Below, in pieces: positions 34,625-44,021 of a stretch of DNA of 64,000 nt. The DNA is taken from sequence record ON287376.1; one strand, given 5' to 3'. Within the stretch, counting starts at the first letter, position 1. Each line of letters starts with the position of its first letter. The position numbers and the translations under genes were made by a program. The notes under the pieces are model-generated. The model was not told where the DNA came from. It did no database searches and was given only the letters and a program-made list of their open reading frames with translations.

Positions 34625-35103
34625 TGAAAGGTTTGAAACATCACGAATATTCTCTGGCGATTGAACGTTTCCGTAAGTGGAAGAAAGAGGGGTTTAAAGG
34701 TGCTGACGCCGGGTTACCGGAACTACTGGAAGAGCTTAATAACATCCCTCAGGTAATTCCGTTGTGGTCATGCATCGGCCACCCTGACCGCCCAGGGAGT
34801 CAACCCTACATTACCTTTGGCGTGAAGAACGGAGATGCACCTGGTCGATACGCCGATGAGATCATGGACGAGATCTTCGTCTCTGGTATTCTCAAGTTCG
34901 AATACGGCCTGATGGTGGCTCCTTGGCATGAGGATGAAGATTACATCATGGCTGAAGATATGTTGGAGTTCACCATCCCAACCTTCACCATTCGCGGTAC
35001 TGTAATGGGCAATGATGTTGAACAGAACAAAATGGCGAAAGAGCTGTTTATCTCCAACATCCAATCTATCATCATGAAGTTAGAGGCGTACACTGGATCA
35101 TGA
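34624..35103 (+). CDS. Hypothetical protein with LN..P...WSCIGH motif
   Basis: TAATG coupling; SCxGH motif. Confidence 0.7.
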   Translation: MKGLKHHEYSLAIERFRKWKKEGFKGADAGLPELLEELNNIPQVIPLWSCIGHPDRPGSQPYITFGVKNGDAPGRYADEIMDEIFVSGILKFEYGLMVAPWHEDEDYIMAEDMLEFTIPTFTIRGTVMGNDVEQNKMAKELFISNIQSIIMKLEAYTGS

Positions 35104-35582
35104 GTATTAAGAAACAGATCTTACAGGTTCTGACTAACTCCACTATGTCGGATAGCGATAAAATTACCGCTGTTCGGGAATTAGTTGACACGATTCCACC
35201 TGGGACAAAAGATACAGTAGCCATCATGGTCGCTCCTAATTGCGTCCATAAGCTATTCCGTTTAACCAACTTTAGAGAACTTGAAGAGATCGTCATCGAT
35301 AACATTATCGTAGACGGGCACTCTTTAGGTGCCATGGTTCCTGTCGTGTTTAACTCAGTTACTCACGCCTCTGGTATCCATACGCAACGTATCACTGTCC
35401 AAACTCTGAAATACGGGCAGATTGCAGTAAGGGTATCGGTGGGGTTACAACGCGGTATCGTAAACGTCAAAGTCGAGCGTACTCCTACTGCAGTCGTTAA
35501 TAACTATCTCGGATTAGATTCCACTCAGGATGTTTCCGAGTTACCGGTATCGGCTCTGTTGAAAATCACCGGATTCCGTTGA
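35100..35582 (+). CDS. Hypothetical protein (160 aa)
   Basis: ATGA overlap with the previous stop. Confidence 0.7.
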   Translation: MSIKKQILQVLTNSTMSDSDKITAVRELVDTIPPGTKDTVAIMVAPNCVHKLFRLTNFRELEEIVIDNIIVDGHSLGAMVPVVFNSVTHASGIHTQRITVQTLKYGQIAVRVSVGLQRGIVNVKVERTPTAVVNNYLGLDSTQDVSELPVSALLKITGFR

Positions 35583-35590
35583 GGTAAAGA

Positions 35591-35875
35591 ATGGCAACTT
35601 ACAGCAACACTTTCTCCGTATCCTTCGAGTTCAAAGACTACAAGTCTAATACTCGGGATATCTACGTAGAGCACCTGGTAATGGACTGGGGCGTTCCAAA
35701 ACGTAAACTGGACCGAATGTCTGTCCGTCAACTTAAATCGCTCTACGAGCGTCTGAAGACCGGTTATAAGGCTAAGACGAAAACCCGTAGTGCAGTTAAA
35801 CAATACAGTCGTAATGCTGACGTCGTAGTCATGGGCAAATACATGGACACGGGGATGAGCAATGGCTTTTGTTAA
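35591..35875 (+). CDS. Basic hypothetical protein (94 aa)
   Basis: GAGGT SD. Confidence 0.65.
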   Translation: MATYSNTFSVSFEFKDYKSNTRDIYVEHLVMDWGVPKRKLDRMSVRQLKSLYERLKTGYKAKTKTRSAVKQYSRNADVVVMGKYMDTGMSNGFC

Positions 35876-36269
35876 CGTCGTGAAGGTAAAGTCACCACCG
35901 GTCAAAAAGGAACGGAAAGAACCAGTACCGTTCCTCCGTATCAGCGCTAAACAGGGGACCTGTATGTTATCCCCTGAATTCTTGGCGTCGTTTGAAGAAG
36001 AGTTTGATAGCATTAATTTCTATTTCGACGAGTGGACTAACGAGTTTCGTTTCAAGTTAGGGACGGGTCTACTCACGAGGATTAAAGCCGGTGGCAACTT
36101 CTACATCCCGTCTAAGATATCTCGTGATATTAACGGTAAACACACTCGCTACCCTGAGAGTCATTACGGGTATCGTGGATGGTGTCGATCGTTCTATTAC
36201 GAATTGACTTTGAAAGATGACGGGTATTGGTACGGTGAATATATCGGTCGCCATAACCCGAATAAATAG
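35862..36269 (+). CDS. Hypothetical protein (135 aa)
   Basis: Overlapping operon arrangement. Confidence 0.65.
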   Translation: MAFVNVVKVKSPPVKKERKEPVPFLRISAKQGTCMLSPEFLASFEEEFDSINFYFDEWTNEFRFKLGTGLLTRIKAGGNFYIPSKISRDINGKHTRYPESHYGYRGWCRSFYYELTLKDDGYWYGEYIGRHNPNK

Positions 36270-36346
36270 ATGCTGTAAAAGAACTTGCTTGTATTGCACT
36301 GAGCAAACTCCCTAAGAAACCCGAATAACTTATAAGGAATACCATA

Positions 36347-36925
36347 ATGTTTGACAAAACCAAGCTCCACCCTAAACCGATTCATCGCGGTACTAACAAC
36401 TTTTACCAGCACTGGCGTTATGGTATTCCTCACCATACTCGCACCGGGGTAAAAATAAATAACGGCGATGTTATCGACGGAGTCGAGTTCCGTGTCACGA
36501 TAAACGATGATGGCAGGTATTCATCGGCAGGTCCGATAATTGATGGTATGGTTCATGGCGAATGCTGCCCGGTTGTAGAGGATGCATTTGTTGTAACTAC
36601 TTACAACTATAGCCATGATACCGACCTTAGTCTGGAAAGGACAGTTGACTTACTCCAGTACAGCAAACGTACTATCATCGTTGGTTACAGCTCTGAGATC
36701 GCTAAGTTGAAATCAATGCTTTCTCCAGAACAATTTAAGTTGGCAACGTTCCACGTCATTCATGACATGTGTACTGTAGACGACTTCAGAAGGGCTGTGA
36801 AGCGTGCCTGTAACAATCCAGGCAAACACCCAATGGTCTTCCTGGGATGTCTTCAAGAGGCAGTTGGTGCCGCTATGGCCGGTATCTCCGATATCGAGAA
36901 CGAACACTACATCTTCATCTGGTAA
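36347..36925 (+). CDS. Hypothetical protein (192 aa)
   Basis: AAGGA SD; terminator follows. Confidence 0.7.
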   Translation: MFDKTKLHPKPIHRGTNNFYQHWRYGIPHHTRTGVKINNGDVIDGVEFRVTINDDGRYSSAGPIIDGMVHGECCPVVEDAFVVTTYNYSHDTDLSLERTVDLLQYSKRTIIVGYSSEIAKLKSMLSPEQFKLATFHVIHDMCTVDDFRRAVKRACNNPGKHPMVFLGCLQEAVGAAMAGISDIENEHYIFIW

Positions 36926-36933
36926 CAGCCAGG

Positions 36934-36955
36934 GCCAGGGGTTAATTCCCCTGGC
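36934..36955 (+). terminator. Terminator
   Basis: GCCAGGGG-TTAATT-CCCCTGGC plus T-tract. Confidence 0.85.
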
Positions 36956-37017
36956 TTTATTTTTTTGTACGTACCGAACACTATTTATAGTTAACTTAAT
37001 TAACCGAGGTAAGTTAA

Positions 37018-37410
37018 ATGAGCCTTGTATTGAAATTAGCTACTCTACCTAAACCTGACCTGAATAACATCACTCGTCAGTGGATTAATATCTCGAAAGA
37101 GTTCGATGCCGGGATGATTAGCGATGAGCTTTTCTACCATCGCTTCGAAGAGGTAGCTACGGCCAAAACACCAGATTTCCTTTTGTTCATCCAGGACTGC
37201 TATTCTAAATTCCACAACGAGTCGTATGCGTCCATACCGGACGGAAATGGTTTTGCTGTTCACCCAGACTTACTGAAAGCATTGGGCGATTTGGAAGCGA
37301 ACGGTATTACTGCTATTGCCGACCAGGAGTTCTTGAACGCCATTAAGAAGTTGGCTAATGAAGTAGACCACAGCAAGACCTGGGTATTCTTCTACGTCGA
37401 GAAGAAATAG
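37018..37410 (+). CDS. Hypothetical protein (130 aa)
   Basis: GAGGT SD. Confidence 0.7.
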   Translation: MSLVLKLATLPKPDLNNITRQWINISKEFDAGMISDELFYHRFEEVATAKTPDFLLFIQDCYSKFHNESYASIPDGNGFAVHPDLLKALGDLEANGITAIADQEFLNAIKKLANEVDHSKTWVFFYVEKK

Positions 37411-37411
37411 A

Positions 37412-37678
37412 ATGCGTACTCTCTCTTATTACTCCGCTATGGATCAGTCCCCCGCCAAGTTTAAACGAGCTAGTCATACACTCTCTTTCCTTTCTTTTAA
37501 GACAACGGTTCCGTTCAGAATCATTAATCGGCTCACGCTGAAGAACGCGATTAAGTTGGCTAAGAAAGAGGGTTATAGCCTGGATAAGGATTGGCGAGAA
37601 TATCCATGTAAATGGCACCTGCGTCCAGATTACGAACTGGAGCAATGTGCATGTGAACCTCCGTGTAAACCAGTATAA
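37412..37678 (+). CDS. Basic hypothetical protein (88 aa)
   Basis: Fills the gap between coupled genes. Confidence 0.55.
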   Translation: MRTLSYYSAMDQSPAKFKRASHTLSFLSFKTTVPFRIINRLTLKNAIKLAKKEGYSLDKDWREYPCKWHLRPDYELEQCACEPPCKPV

Positions 37679-37687
37679 GGTAAACAA

Positions 37688-38542
37688 ATGCAGCAGTATT
37701 CTGATTTAGGTAACCGCATCATCAACGAAGGTATTTGGATTGAGAACCCACGTACCGGCGTTAAATGTAAAACTGTACTGAACCACACGTTCGTCTATGA
37801 CGTCGGTAACTGTGAAGTTCCGGTGGTCACTACGCGTAAGGTTCCTTACCGTGGCGCGTTCGGTGAGTTCATCGGTTATCTTCAGGGTAAAGACAGCGCA
37901 GCCGATCTGCGTGAACTGGGTAGCAAAACCTGGGATGGTAATGCTAACGAAAACAAATCGTGGTTAGCTAACCCTAACCGTAAAGGTGAAGATGACCTCG
38001 GTCGTATCTATGGCGTCCAAATGAGGGACTGGGTTAACCAATTTGGTGAGCATTTCGATCAGTTGAAGAAAGTCATCAATAACCTGAAACAAGGCATTGA
38101 CGACCGGGGTGAAGTCGTGACGTTCTGGAACCCAGGCGAATTCGACTACGGCTGTCTGCGCCCCTGTATGCACACACATACCTTCTCTATCTTCGACGGT
38201 AAACTGCACATGACTTCAGTCAGTCGCTCAGTGGACGTTCCGCTGGGCTTACCGGCTAACATGATGCAGTGTTACTTCTTCCTGGATCTGGTTGCCCGTC
38301 TGACCGGCCTGGTTCCTGGTAAGGTAACTCACCACATGATCAACGTCCATGTCTACGAGAACCAGTACGATCTGTTCGTTGAAGAAATGAAACGTCCGGT
38401 CATGGAATCCAACGCTACTCTGTGGCTAGATCCTCGGTTACTTCTGTCGGGGATTGATGGTATCGATACGCTGACCAAAGAGTCTGTCGTATTAGAAGAC
38501 TACTCAGCTCATCCACCGATCAAATATCCTTTCACCGTTTAA
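37688..38542 (+). CDS. thyA: Thymidylate synthase
   Basis: DLGRIYGVQ, catalytic LRPCM, RSVDVPLGLPAN, HVYENQ motifs; uninterrupted ORF. Confidence 0.95.
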   Translation: MQQYSDLGNRIINEGIWIENPRTGVKCKTVLNHTFVYDVGNCEVPVVTTRKVPYRGAFGEFIGYLQGKDSAADLRELGSKTWDGNANENKSWLANPNRKGEDDLGRIYGVQMRDWVNQFGEHFDQLKKVINNLKQGIDDRGEVVTFWNPGEFDYGCLRPCMHTHTFSIFDGKLHMTSVSRSVDVPLGLPANMMQCYFFLDLVARLTGLVPGKVTHHMINVHVYENQYDLFVEEMKRPVMESNATLWLDPRLLLSGIDGIDTLTKESVVLEDYSAHPPIKYPFTV

Positions 38543-38545
38543 CTG

Positions 38546-38550
38546 TCATA
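38546..38550 (-). promoter_or_regulatory. Antisense TATGA between thyA stop and hairpin
   Basis: TCATA 2 nt before the stem. Confidence 0.45.
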
Positions 38551-38552
38551 TT

Positions 38553-38577
38553 CCGTAGGGGTATTTAGCCCCTACGG
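38553..38577 (+). terminator. Hairpin after thyA
   Basis: CCGTAGGGG..CCCCTACGG. Confidence 0.8.
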
Positions 38578-38602
38578 TTACTGTCTTAATAGGGAGTACA
38601 TT

Positions 38603-39334
38603 ATGGGCGCAGTATTCGATATTAGTTTCAATCAGGATACCGTTGTTCAAGGTATTAAGATTAATAAGGGCTACGACCAAGTTCGCCATGACTTAGGTTT
38701 CGGTTTGATTACTCTGGATGCTACCGGTAAAATAACCGGCGGTTATGGTGAAGGCGTTACTGAGGAAACTCTGACTAAAATGACCGGTGTCCTCGATTGT
38801 ACCGATCGTCAGTATTTCTTCTACAAGGGTCAATTGTTGTTCCCGCAAGCAATTGTCTCTTCGGAGTTCTCTAGACTGTTCGACACGTTTTACAGAGACT
38901 TCGGTCCGTGTGTACACGATGGTAAAATCATCACTATGTCGGAAGACGGTGCTGAGTATTTCCTCAGTGCTCTGAACCACTACCGTAAAGCTCTGAGCAC
39001 CGATTACAAAGTGAAAGGTACTTTCGAGCTCTACTTCCAAAAAGATAACCCGTACTTCAACACCGGGTTCTTTGGACGTGCTCCTATCGAAGAGTATTTG
39101 GAAGATCTCGATAAGTTAAGGGAATATTACCAGACCGGCACCGAGAATTGGCGCATCGGCACGGTAGTTAAAGAACACACCGTTGAAGAGATGTTTGAGT
39201 TGCTTCGTCAGAAGTGGGGCGATGCTGATGTCAACACGACTAAAGTCAAAGCGATTGGCGGCGGATTCTGGGAGCTCATGCGCTCGGAAGGCATTCCGGA
39301 ATTCTCATTTGACGGCGAAATTAAAATCTACTGA
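38603..39334 (+). CDS. Hypothetical protein (243 aa)
   Basis: GGGAG SD. Confidence 0.75.
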   Translation: MGAVFDISFNQDTVVQGIKINKGYDQVRHDLGFGLITLDATGKITGGYGEGVTEETLTKMTGVLDCTDRQYFFYKGQLLFPQAIVSSEFSRLFDTFYRDFGPCVHDGKIITMSEDGAEYFLSALNHYRKALSTDYKVKGTFELYFQKDNPYFNTGFFGRAPIEEYLEDLDKLREYYQTGTENWRIGTVVKEHTVEEMFELLRQKWGDADVNTTKVKAIGGGFWELMRSEGIPEFSFDGEIKIY

Positions 39335-39341
39335 GGTAATC

Positions 39342-39518
39342 ATGAAACCAGGTAACTTAGGTAAAACTCCTGTAACTGGGACACACGGCTACGTTGCAGA
39401 TTCATCTTTCTATCCGTCTAACCAACCTTGTGTTCGTCGTAAAGTTACCATGAAACGTAGTCGCGTGGCGACGGCAGTTGGCATGGAAGTTTGGGTATTT
39501 AGGAGAGGGATGCAGTGA
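39342..39518 (+). CDS. Small basic protein (58 aa from ATG 39342)
   Basis: GAGGT SD before ATG 39342; coupled to the next gene. Confidence 0.5.
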   Translation: MKPGNLGKTPVTGTHGYVADSSFYPSNQPCVRRKVTMKRSRVATAVGMEVWVFRRGMQ

Positions 39519-40144
39519 ATAAAACTAACGACGAAACTAAATGCTTCAAGAAGATCAAGGACGGTGTTTATATCGTCCACTGTAAGGACGGGTTAGTCGA
39601 TGCCCTGAAAGACTTCTCTGGTGAAGCGGGCTATCGCGCTTTGTCCATGGAGAAATACGACGTACCGGATACGTACCCGTCGTTGGTTACTCTTTCCGTT
39701 GTCTATTACGGTAACCACGCGTATAAGGTTCAATATTTGTCCTTGAGCGAAGTCAATAGCGCCGTGGCTGAAATGGAACCTATGGAGCAAAAGACTTACA
39801 CGTTGACTATCGGCGTGGAAGTAAAGGGTGGTTCTACCCGGATCTCTAAATCTTTTACTCTATCAGACAAGATAGTATTGAGCGCCTCGGCTATTTATCT
39901 TAAGGTACTCGACGCTATCTCAAATGATCGCTCTATTACGGATGGTGAGTTAGGGCTTATTAGTCAACCCATTCGTACCATGGCGATTAACATTGCAAGG
40001 AACGGGATATCCAGTAGTCCCGAATCGGCATCTACTGAAACGGTAAATCTGATTTATTTCATAACCGCTGATCGTAAACTAACCGACGAGCAGGCGAGTG
40101 CTTTAAAAGAACTCAACGACCTCTTCGATATAACCGGCAACTAA
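39515..40144 (+). CDS. Hypothetical protein (209 aa)
   Basis: GTGA overlap; AGGAGAGG upstream. Confidence 0.65.
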   Translation: MNKTNDETKCFKKIKDGVYIVHCKDGLVDALKDFSGEAGYRALSMEKYDVPDTYPSLVTLSVVYYGNHAYKVQYLSLSEVNSAVAEMEPMEQKTYTLTIGVEVKGGSTRISKSFTLSDKIVLSASAIYLKVLDAISNDRSITDGELGLISQPIRTMAINIARNGISSSPESASTETVNLIYFITADRKLTDEQASALKELNDLFDITGN

Positions 40145-40158
40145 AAAGGAACGTAACA

Positions 40159-41019
40159 GTGAAATACAGAATCGATACCAATATCCACAACCCAGCCCAA
40201 CCAATTTCCATCATCGTGGATCATGATGATAAGGACTGGCGCAAGAAGGCTTTCATTACCCTGGTGGAAAAATACGAACAACAGGACGTAGACGTCAGGG
40301 ATGCAATTAACCCGATTCTCACAATGTGCGAAGACGGAAATATATGTACTGGCCACATTGCTTTTGCGCCAAGTGGATGGAACATGGCGTACACGATCAC
40401 TCGTCTATTGGGTGAAGAAGGTTGGAACAATCTGCTCTACGCCATCTCAGATGAACCTGAACCGACCGATGAACTGAAGGAACTGATGGGCAGTCCTCGT
40501 CGCTACGTTAGACACGATCCTAAAGTAGTGACTATCGAAATTACTGGCCAAGCACGGTCTGGTAAAACATCGGTTGCCGCTATCTTGTATCGCTTACTGG
40601 AAAGTGCCGGGGTTTCAACTACCCTGCAGTCAGATGACTTGTCAGTTGTCAGTGAAACACCAGACATCATGGCAGCTGTAGCTCGTCTGAAGGCGACTGG
40701 GTCTAAAGTAGTGATCAAAGACTTGCCGAGTACTGGCGATGCTCTTAAGATGGTCTATACTGTTCCTGAGCTGATTCAAATGCTTCGTGAACTTGAAGGT
40801 GGCTCCAGTCTACTGATCCGCGTAGCTGAGAACGGCACCCTCTATCGTGAAGAGTACGAATATACCCCGGTGGAAACGTTCAACGCGCTTCTCGACCTGT
40901 CGCTGATTGGGTACGCTGGTAACCCGCACCATGGTTCCGTTGAACTCACTTCACTGGGCCAAGTTGTATTCGATCAGTACACTGCGTTTATCGCCGATGA
41001 AGAAGACGAAGAAGTATAA
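40159..41019 (+). CDS. Multidomain protein with a central P-loop (GQARSGKT)
   Basis: Walker A after a hydrophobic strand (VVTIEITG); acidic tail. Confidence 0.7.
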   Translation: MKYRIDTNIHNPAQPISIIVDHDDKDWRKKAFITLVEKYEQQDVDVRDAINPILTMCEDGNICTGHIAFAPSGWNMAYTITRLLGEEGWNNLLYAISDEPEPTDELKELMGSPRRYVRHDPKVVTIEITGQARSGKTSVAAILYRLLESAGVSTTLQSDDLSVVSETPDIMAAVARLKATGSKVVIKDLPSTGDALKMVYTVPELIQMLRELEGGSSLLIRVAENGTLYREEYEYTPVETFNALLDLSLIGYAGNPHHGSVELTSLGQVVFDQYTAFIADEEDEEV

Positions 41020-41020
41020 G

Positions 41021-41025
41021 TCATA
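41021..41025 (-). promoter_or_regulatory. Antisense TATGA after the P-loop gene
   Basis: TCATA 2 nt before the stem. Confidence 0.45.
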
Positions 41026-41027
41026 AC

Positions 41028-41049
41028 AGCTAGGGGATTTCCCCTAGCT
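41028..41049 (+). terminator. Terminator
   Basis: AGCTAGGGG-ATTT-CCCCTAGCT plus T-tract. Confidence 0.85.
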
Positions 41050-41058
41050 TTTTATTTT

Positions 41059-41514
41059 TTGGAGCAATGTATGTTTGAATGGTTAAAACGTTTGATTCAA
41101 AAGGATTATTACCAACGTAAGTTAGAGATGAATATCCGCCTTTGGACGTTGCACTTACGCGACCACAAGGGAACGGACTGTTACAAGTTCACAACGAGAT
41201 TGGATGCTAATCCTCGGTTCCACAAGTACGGTGAGAATCATACTCGTAACTATTATTACAACCTGGCGTTAGATGCATTTACCCGGATGCGTGACAACGG
41301 TAGGTTGAAAGAATTCAAGTTAACGGAGAGCTCTGATTACATTCGTTGCTACTACCGTTTCCCTACTAAGTCAGGAACGCTACATCACCACTACATCTCG
41401 CTCGCTTACTTTGACGTCGTTGATTTTGCAGTTGAGATGGATGCAATCATGGATTTCAGTAGGGTCACCAAACGTAACGTCAGATTCGGTTACCTTAGCA
41501 CGAGGTATTTTTAA
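41059..41514 (+). CDS. Hypothetical protein (about 150 aa)
   Basis: ORF after terminator; start may be the ATG a few codons in (GGAG SD). Confidence 0.65.
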   Translation: MEQCMFEWLKRLIQKDYYQRKLEMNIRLWTLHLRDHKGTDCYKFTTRLDANPRFHKYGENHTRNYYYNLALDAFTRMRDNGRLKEFKLTESSDYIRCYYRFPTKSGTLHHHYISLAYFDVVDFAVEMDAIMDFSRVTKRNVRFGYLSTRYF

Positions 41515-41606
41515 ACTCTCGTTAAGTAAATCGTAAAACTGACTTTTTTGCATCTTTGTTTGGGTTGTATTTCAACATGGCTAACCCTTCGGTTTAAGAT
41601 AAGTCA

Positions 41607-41617
41607 TCATAGAACAG
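41607..41617 (-). promoter_or_regulatory. Putative minus-strand late promoter
   Basis: Reverse complement reads CTGTTCTATGA, close to the +strand consensus. Confidence 0.45.
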
Positions 41618-41694
41618 GTCGGAGTCTGATTATTTTTTACGGGTCTAATGGTAGTATGAAGCTAACCCTCAAACCGTTAGCCGTGGGGAAAATA

Positions 41695-41720
41695 GTTGGA
41701 GTGGTTAACCCCACTCCAAC
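41695..41720 (+). terminator. Hairpin just before the early promoter
   Basis: GTTGGAGTGG-TTAACC-CCACTCCAAC. Confidence 0.7.
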
Positions 41721-41731
41721 CTATTTAACGT

Positions 41732-41749
41732 CTATATTACCTTTTTGAA
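41732..41749 (+). promoter_or_regulatory. Putative early promoter
   Basis: CTATATTAC-CTTTTT-GAA. Confidence 0.7.
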
Positions 41750-41785
41750 TAGCAGTTCAAATTAACCTAAATAAGGACCACTAAA

Positions 41786-42292
41786 ATGACTACTCCAGAA
41801 TCCCGTAAAGAAGCTCTGAAACATTTCATCCAGTCTCCAGCTACCGCTGAAGCCATCAGTGAATTCCGTCGCGATGAAGATCGTAAAGTTGGTAAGTTTA
41901 TCGATACCGTTATGGGTGATGTGGAACGTGCGATGGGAGTCATGTTTACTGACCTGGCTTCGATCTCCGCCACAGCCTGCCTGGCTGACAAATGGGCGGT
42001 TCACTCAAACCAAGGTGGCGAATCCTATTTCAGCTACAAAGCAGAAGTGGCGGGTTACACTGTCATCGGTACTATTGAAGTTAACTCTACTGTTACCTTC
42101 AGAATCAAATACAACGAAGAAGATTACAGTCGTATTACTTCCGGTGTATGTTTCTGCGCTATGCATCGTACCGAAGTTATCAAGCAACTCGAAGCTCTCC
42201 TCACACTGCATTATCCGGATATCGCAGTAATGGTAGATACGCCAAAGATCGACTTCACTAACGAAGCCATGAACAAAACCATCCGTCAATAA
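41786..42292 (+). CDS. Hypothetical protein (168 aa)
   Basis: AAGGA SD; first gene after early-promoter motif 41732. Confidence 0.75.
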   Translation: MTTPESRKEALKHFIQSPATAEAISEFRRDEDRKVGKFIDTVMGDVERAMGVMFTDLASISATACLADKWAVHSNQGGESYFSYKAEVAGYTVIGTIEVNSTVTFRIKYNEEDYSRITSGVCFCAMHRTEVIKQLEALLTLHYPDIAVMVDTPKIDFTNEAMNKTIRQ

Positions 42293-42305
42293 TTCTAAGG
42301 AGAAA

Positions 42306-42839
42306 ATGATGGGAACTTATATTTACGCAGAGTCACAATGTAAGAAAGGTAAGACCTGGGTTGATACTTACAGCTCCTTCGGTCCTTTAAAAAGTAGCGA
42401 GCTTAGCCAACTATTTGGTTGGGGTAAATCAAATTACCTGGCCGATGAGGTAGGCTTTATCCTTTCTAAACACAACGGTGCGCCGGAGGTTTTATTCTCA
42501 TCTGAGTTTGAGTGGGATTACGACTACGCTCGTAACTGGTTTATGGGCTCTGAATTAATTGCTCTGGTGGATTCGGGTAAGACCATTCCTCGTCGCGGTT
42601 ATCTTTCCCGTAAGGAATTCTTGACCTGGGACGGGAAAAGTGAATTGGATAGCTACTCAGGCAACGCTTGGGGCAAAACCGTCCATATGGCTGCGGCGAA
42701 TAAAGTGGATGATTACGATTGCGTTCTGGTTACCTGGGAAAGTACGCTTAGTTCGGTGTTAGGTACCTTCGGCACTTTTGTACGTGAAGAAGTTGCTGAG
42801 CATGGCGATGTTCGTATCGTTTATGGTTTCGATCAATAA
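42306..42839 (+). CDS. Conserved phage hypothetical protein (MGTYIYAE type)
   Basis: AAGGAG SD. Confidence 0.75.
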   Translation: MMGTYIYAESQCKKGKTWVDTYSSFGPLKSSELSQLFGWGKSNYLADEVGFILSKHNGAPEVLFSSEFEWDYDYARNWFMGSELIALVDSGKTIPRRGYLSRKEFLTWDGKSELDSYSGNAWGKTVHMAAANKVDDYDCVLVTWESTLSSVLGTFGTFVREEVAEHGDVRIVYGFDQ

Positions 42840-42854
42840 CTCCAAGGAGGAGAC

Positions 42855-43295
42855 ATGACCCTTTTAGCGCGCTACATTAAAGCTAACGAACCGGCACCTA
42901 AAGTGGATAAGGATGAGGAGTTTATCGAGAAGGTAAAACTAAACGCCTCGCTGGTAGTTATTGGGTACGTAACTGATATCTACGAGTCGGCCAAGAAACT
43001 CATCGATGAGAAGTCCAATCCGCTTTATTGGACAATGTCCGTCAATGAGGAGAAAAACGAACTCACGGCGAAGAGTCGTAATACTTTCAAACGCGAAGGT
43101 ATTACTTTCGATGTTGAGATAATTATCGTATCCCAGCCCGATAAAGAAAGTCTCATTGTCAAGTACGGCTTTGATGATGAGAAAGTCAAGTACATCGTTC
43201 AATACTACAGCGCTGACATAGAGGCGCTGATTGAATCGACCTTGGCGATGTCGAACTATAATTTCAGTAACGTGGAAATCGAGTTCCCTTCTTAG
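42855..43295 (+). CDS. Hypothetical protein (146 aa)
   Basis: AGGAGG SD. Confidence 0.75.
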   Translation: MTLLARYIKANEPAPKVDKDEEFIEKVKLNASLVVIGYVTDIYESAKKLIDEKSNPLYWTMSVNEEKNELTAKSRNTFKREGITFDVEIIIVSQPDKESLIVKYGFDDEKVKYIVQYYSADIEALIESTLAMSNYNFSNVEIEFPS

Positions 43296-43311
43296 GGTGG
43301 AGGATAATAGC

Positions 43312-43707
43312 ATGGGTTTAGATATTGATTTTTGCAAAGTACCAAAAAGTGCAGTTGATCCCAAAGTCGTGGAAGTACACGAACGTTTCGGTGCACTCAG
43401 TGAAAATGGCTGTAGTTACATGATAGATTACCCTCGTTTGTCCGATAACCCGGAGAAAGAAGAGATTCAATATTACCGCAAGTGGCACGACGTTAGAAAT
43501 ACCATGGCGGGATTGTTTGATGCTACCAACCAATGCGACTACTATTTATTGACTAAGGAAGATGTCGCACTACTACTTGAGAACGTTGAGAATAGCGACG
43601 GATGGTTGCTTGAATCCGAGCGAGTTGAGTTTATCGCCATGATCAAGTCTAAGCTCATCGACTTCCCATTCGATACTCATTATCTGACATACTCCTGGAT
43701 TTCTTGA
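43312..43707 (+). CDS. Conserved phage hypothetical protein (MGLD..YYRKWH type)
   Basis: GGAGG SD before ATG 43312. Confidence 0.75.
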   Translation: MGLDIDFCKVPKSAVDPKVVEVHERFGALSENGCSYMIDYPRLSDNPEKEEIQYYRKWHDVRNTMAGLFDATNQCDYYLLTKEDVALLLENVENSDGWLLESERVEFIAMIKSKLIDFPFDTHYLTYSWIS

Positions 43708-43736
43708 TTTAATCGTAAATAGGCAAAGGTCTTAAA

Positions 43737-44021
43737 ATGGCAAGGTCAGTTCTCTTTATCGCAATCCCGGTTATCGTTGTCACCGCTGTTGGTTATTACC
43801 AAAACCTCACTGCAAACACCAAGATCACATCGGAGATCGAATCGATGGGATACAAAGGGGTTAACTTGATGCAGCGTACCATGGACTGCTCAAGGGGTTA
43901 TAGCGGGGAGATCTTCACCGGGACTAGCGAAAAGAATGAACGTGTCTATGCAGCTTTCTGCACAGCAGATAACCAACCTCCGTTCATCGAGGTGATCCGT
44001 AACTCTGGAGAAATAAAGTGA
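43737..44021 (+). CDS. Membrane-anchored/exported protein with two Cys (94 aa)
   Basis: N-terminal hydrophobic helix; DCS..AFC. Confidence 0.7.
   Translation: MARSVLFIAIPVIVVTAVGYYQNLTANTKITSEIESMGYKGVNLMQRTMDCSRGYSGEIFTGTSEKNERVYAAFCTADNQPPFIEVIRNSGEIK

Noticed and set aside
37688-38542. ThyA as a dCMP hydroxymethylase, or carrying an intron
   Set aside because: The dUMP-specifying Asn (LGLPAN) is retained and the ORF is continuous at normal length
41641-41720. tRNA-like look (TCTAATGGTAG, CTCAAAC loop)
   Set aside because: D-stem and anticodon stem are mismatched, there is no TTCGA loop or acceptor stem, and the 3' hairpin belongs to the genome's terminator family
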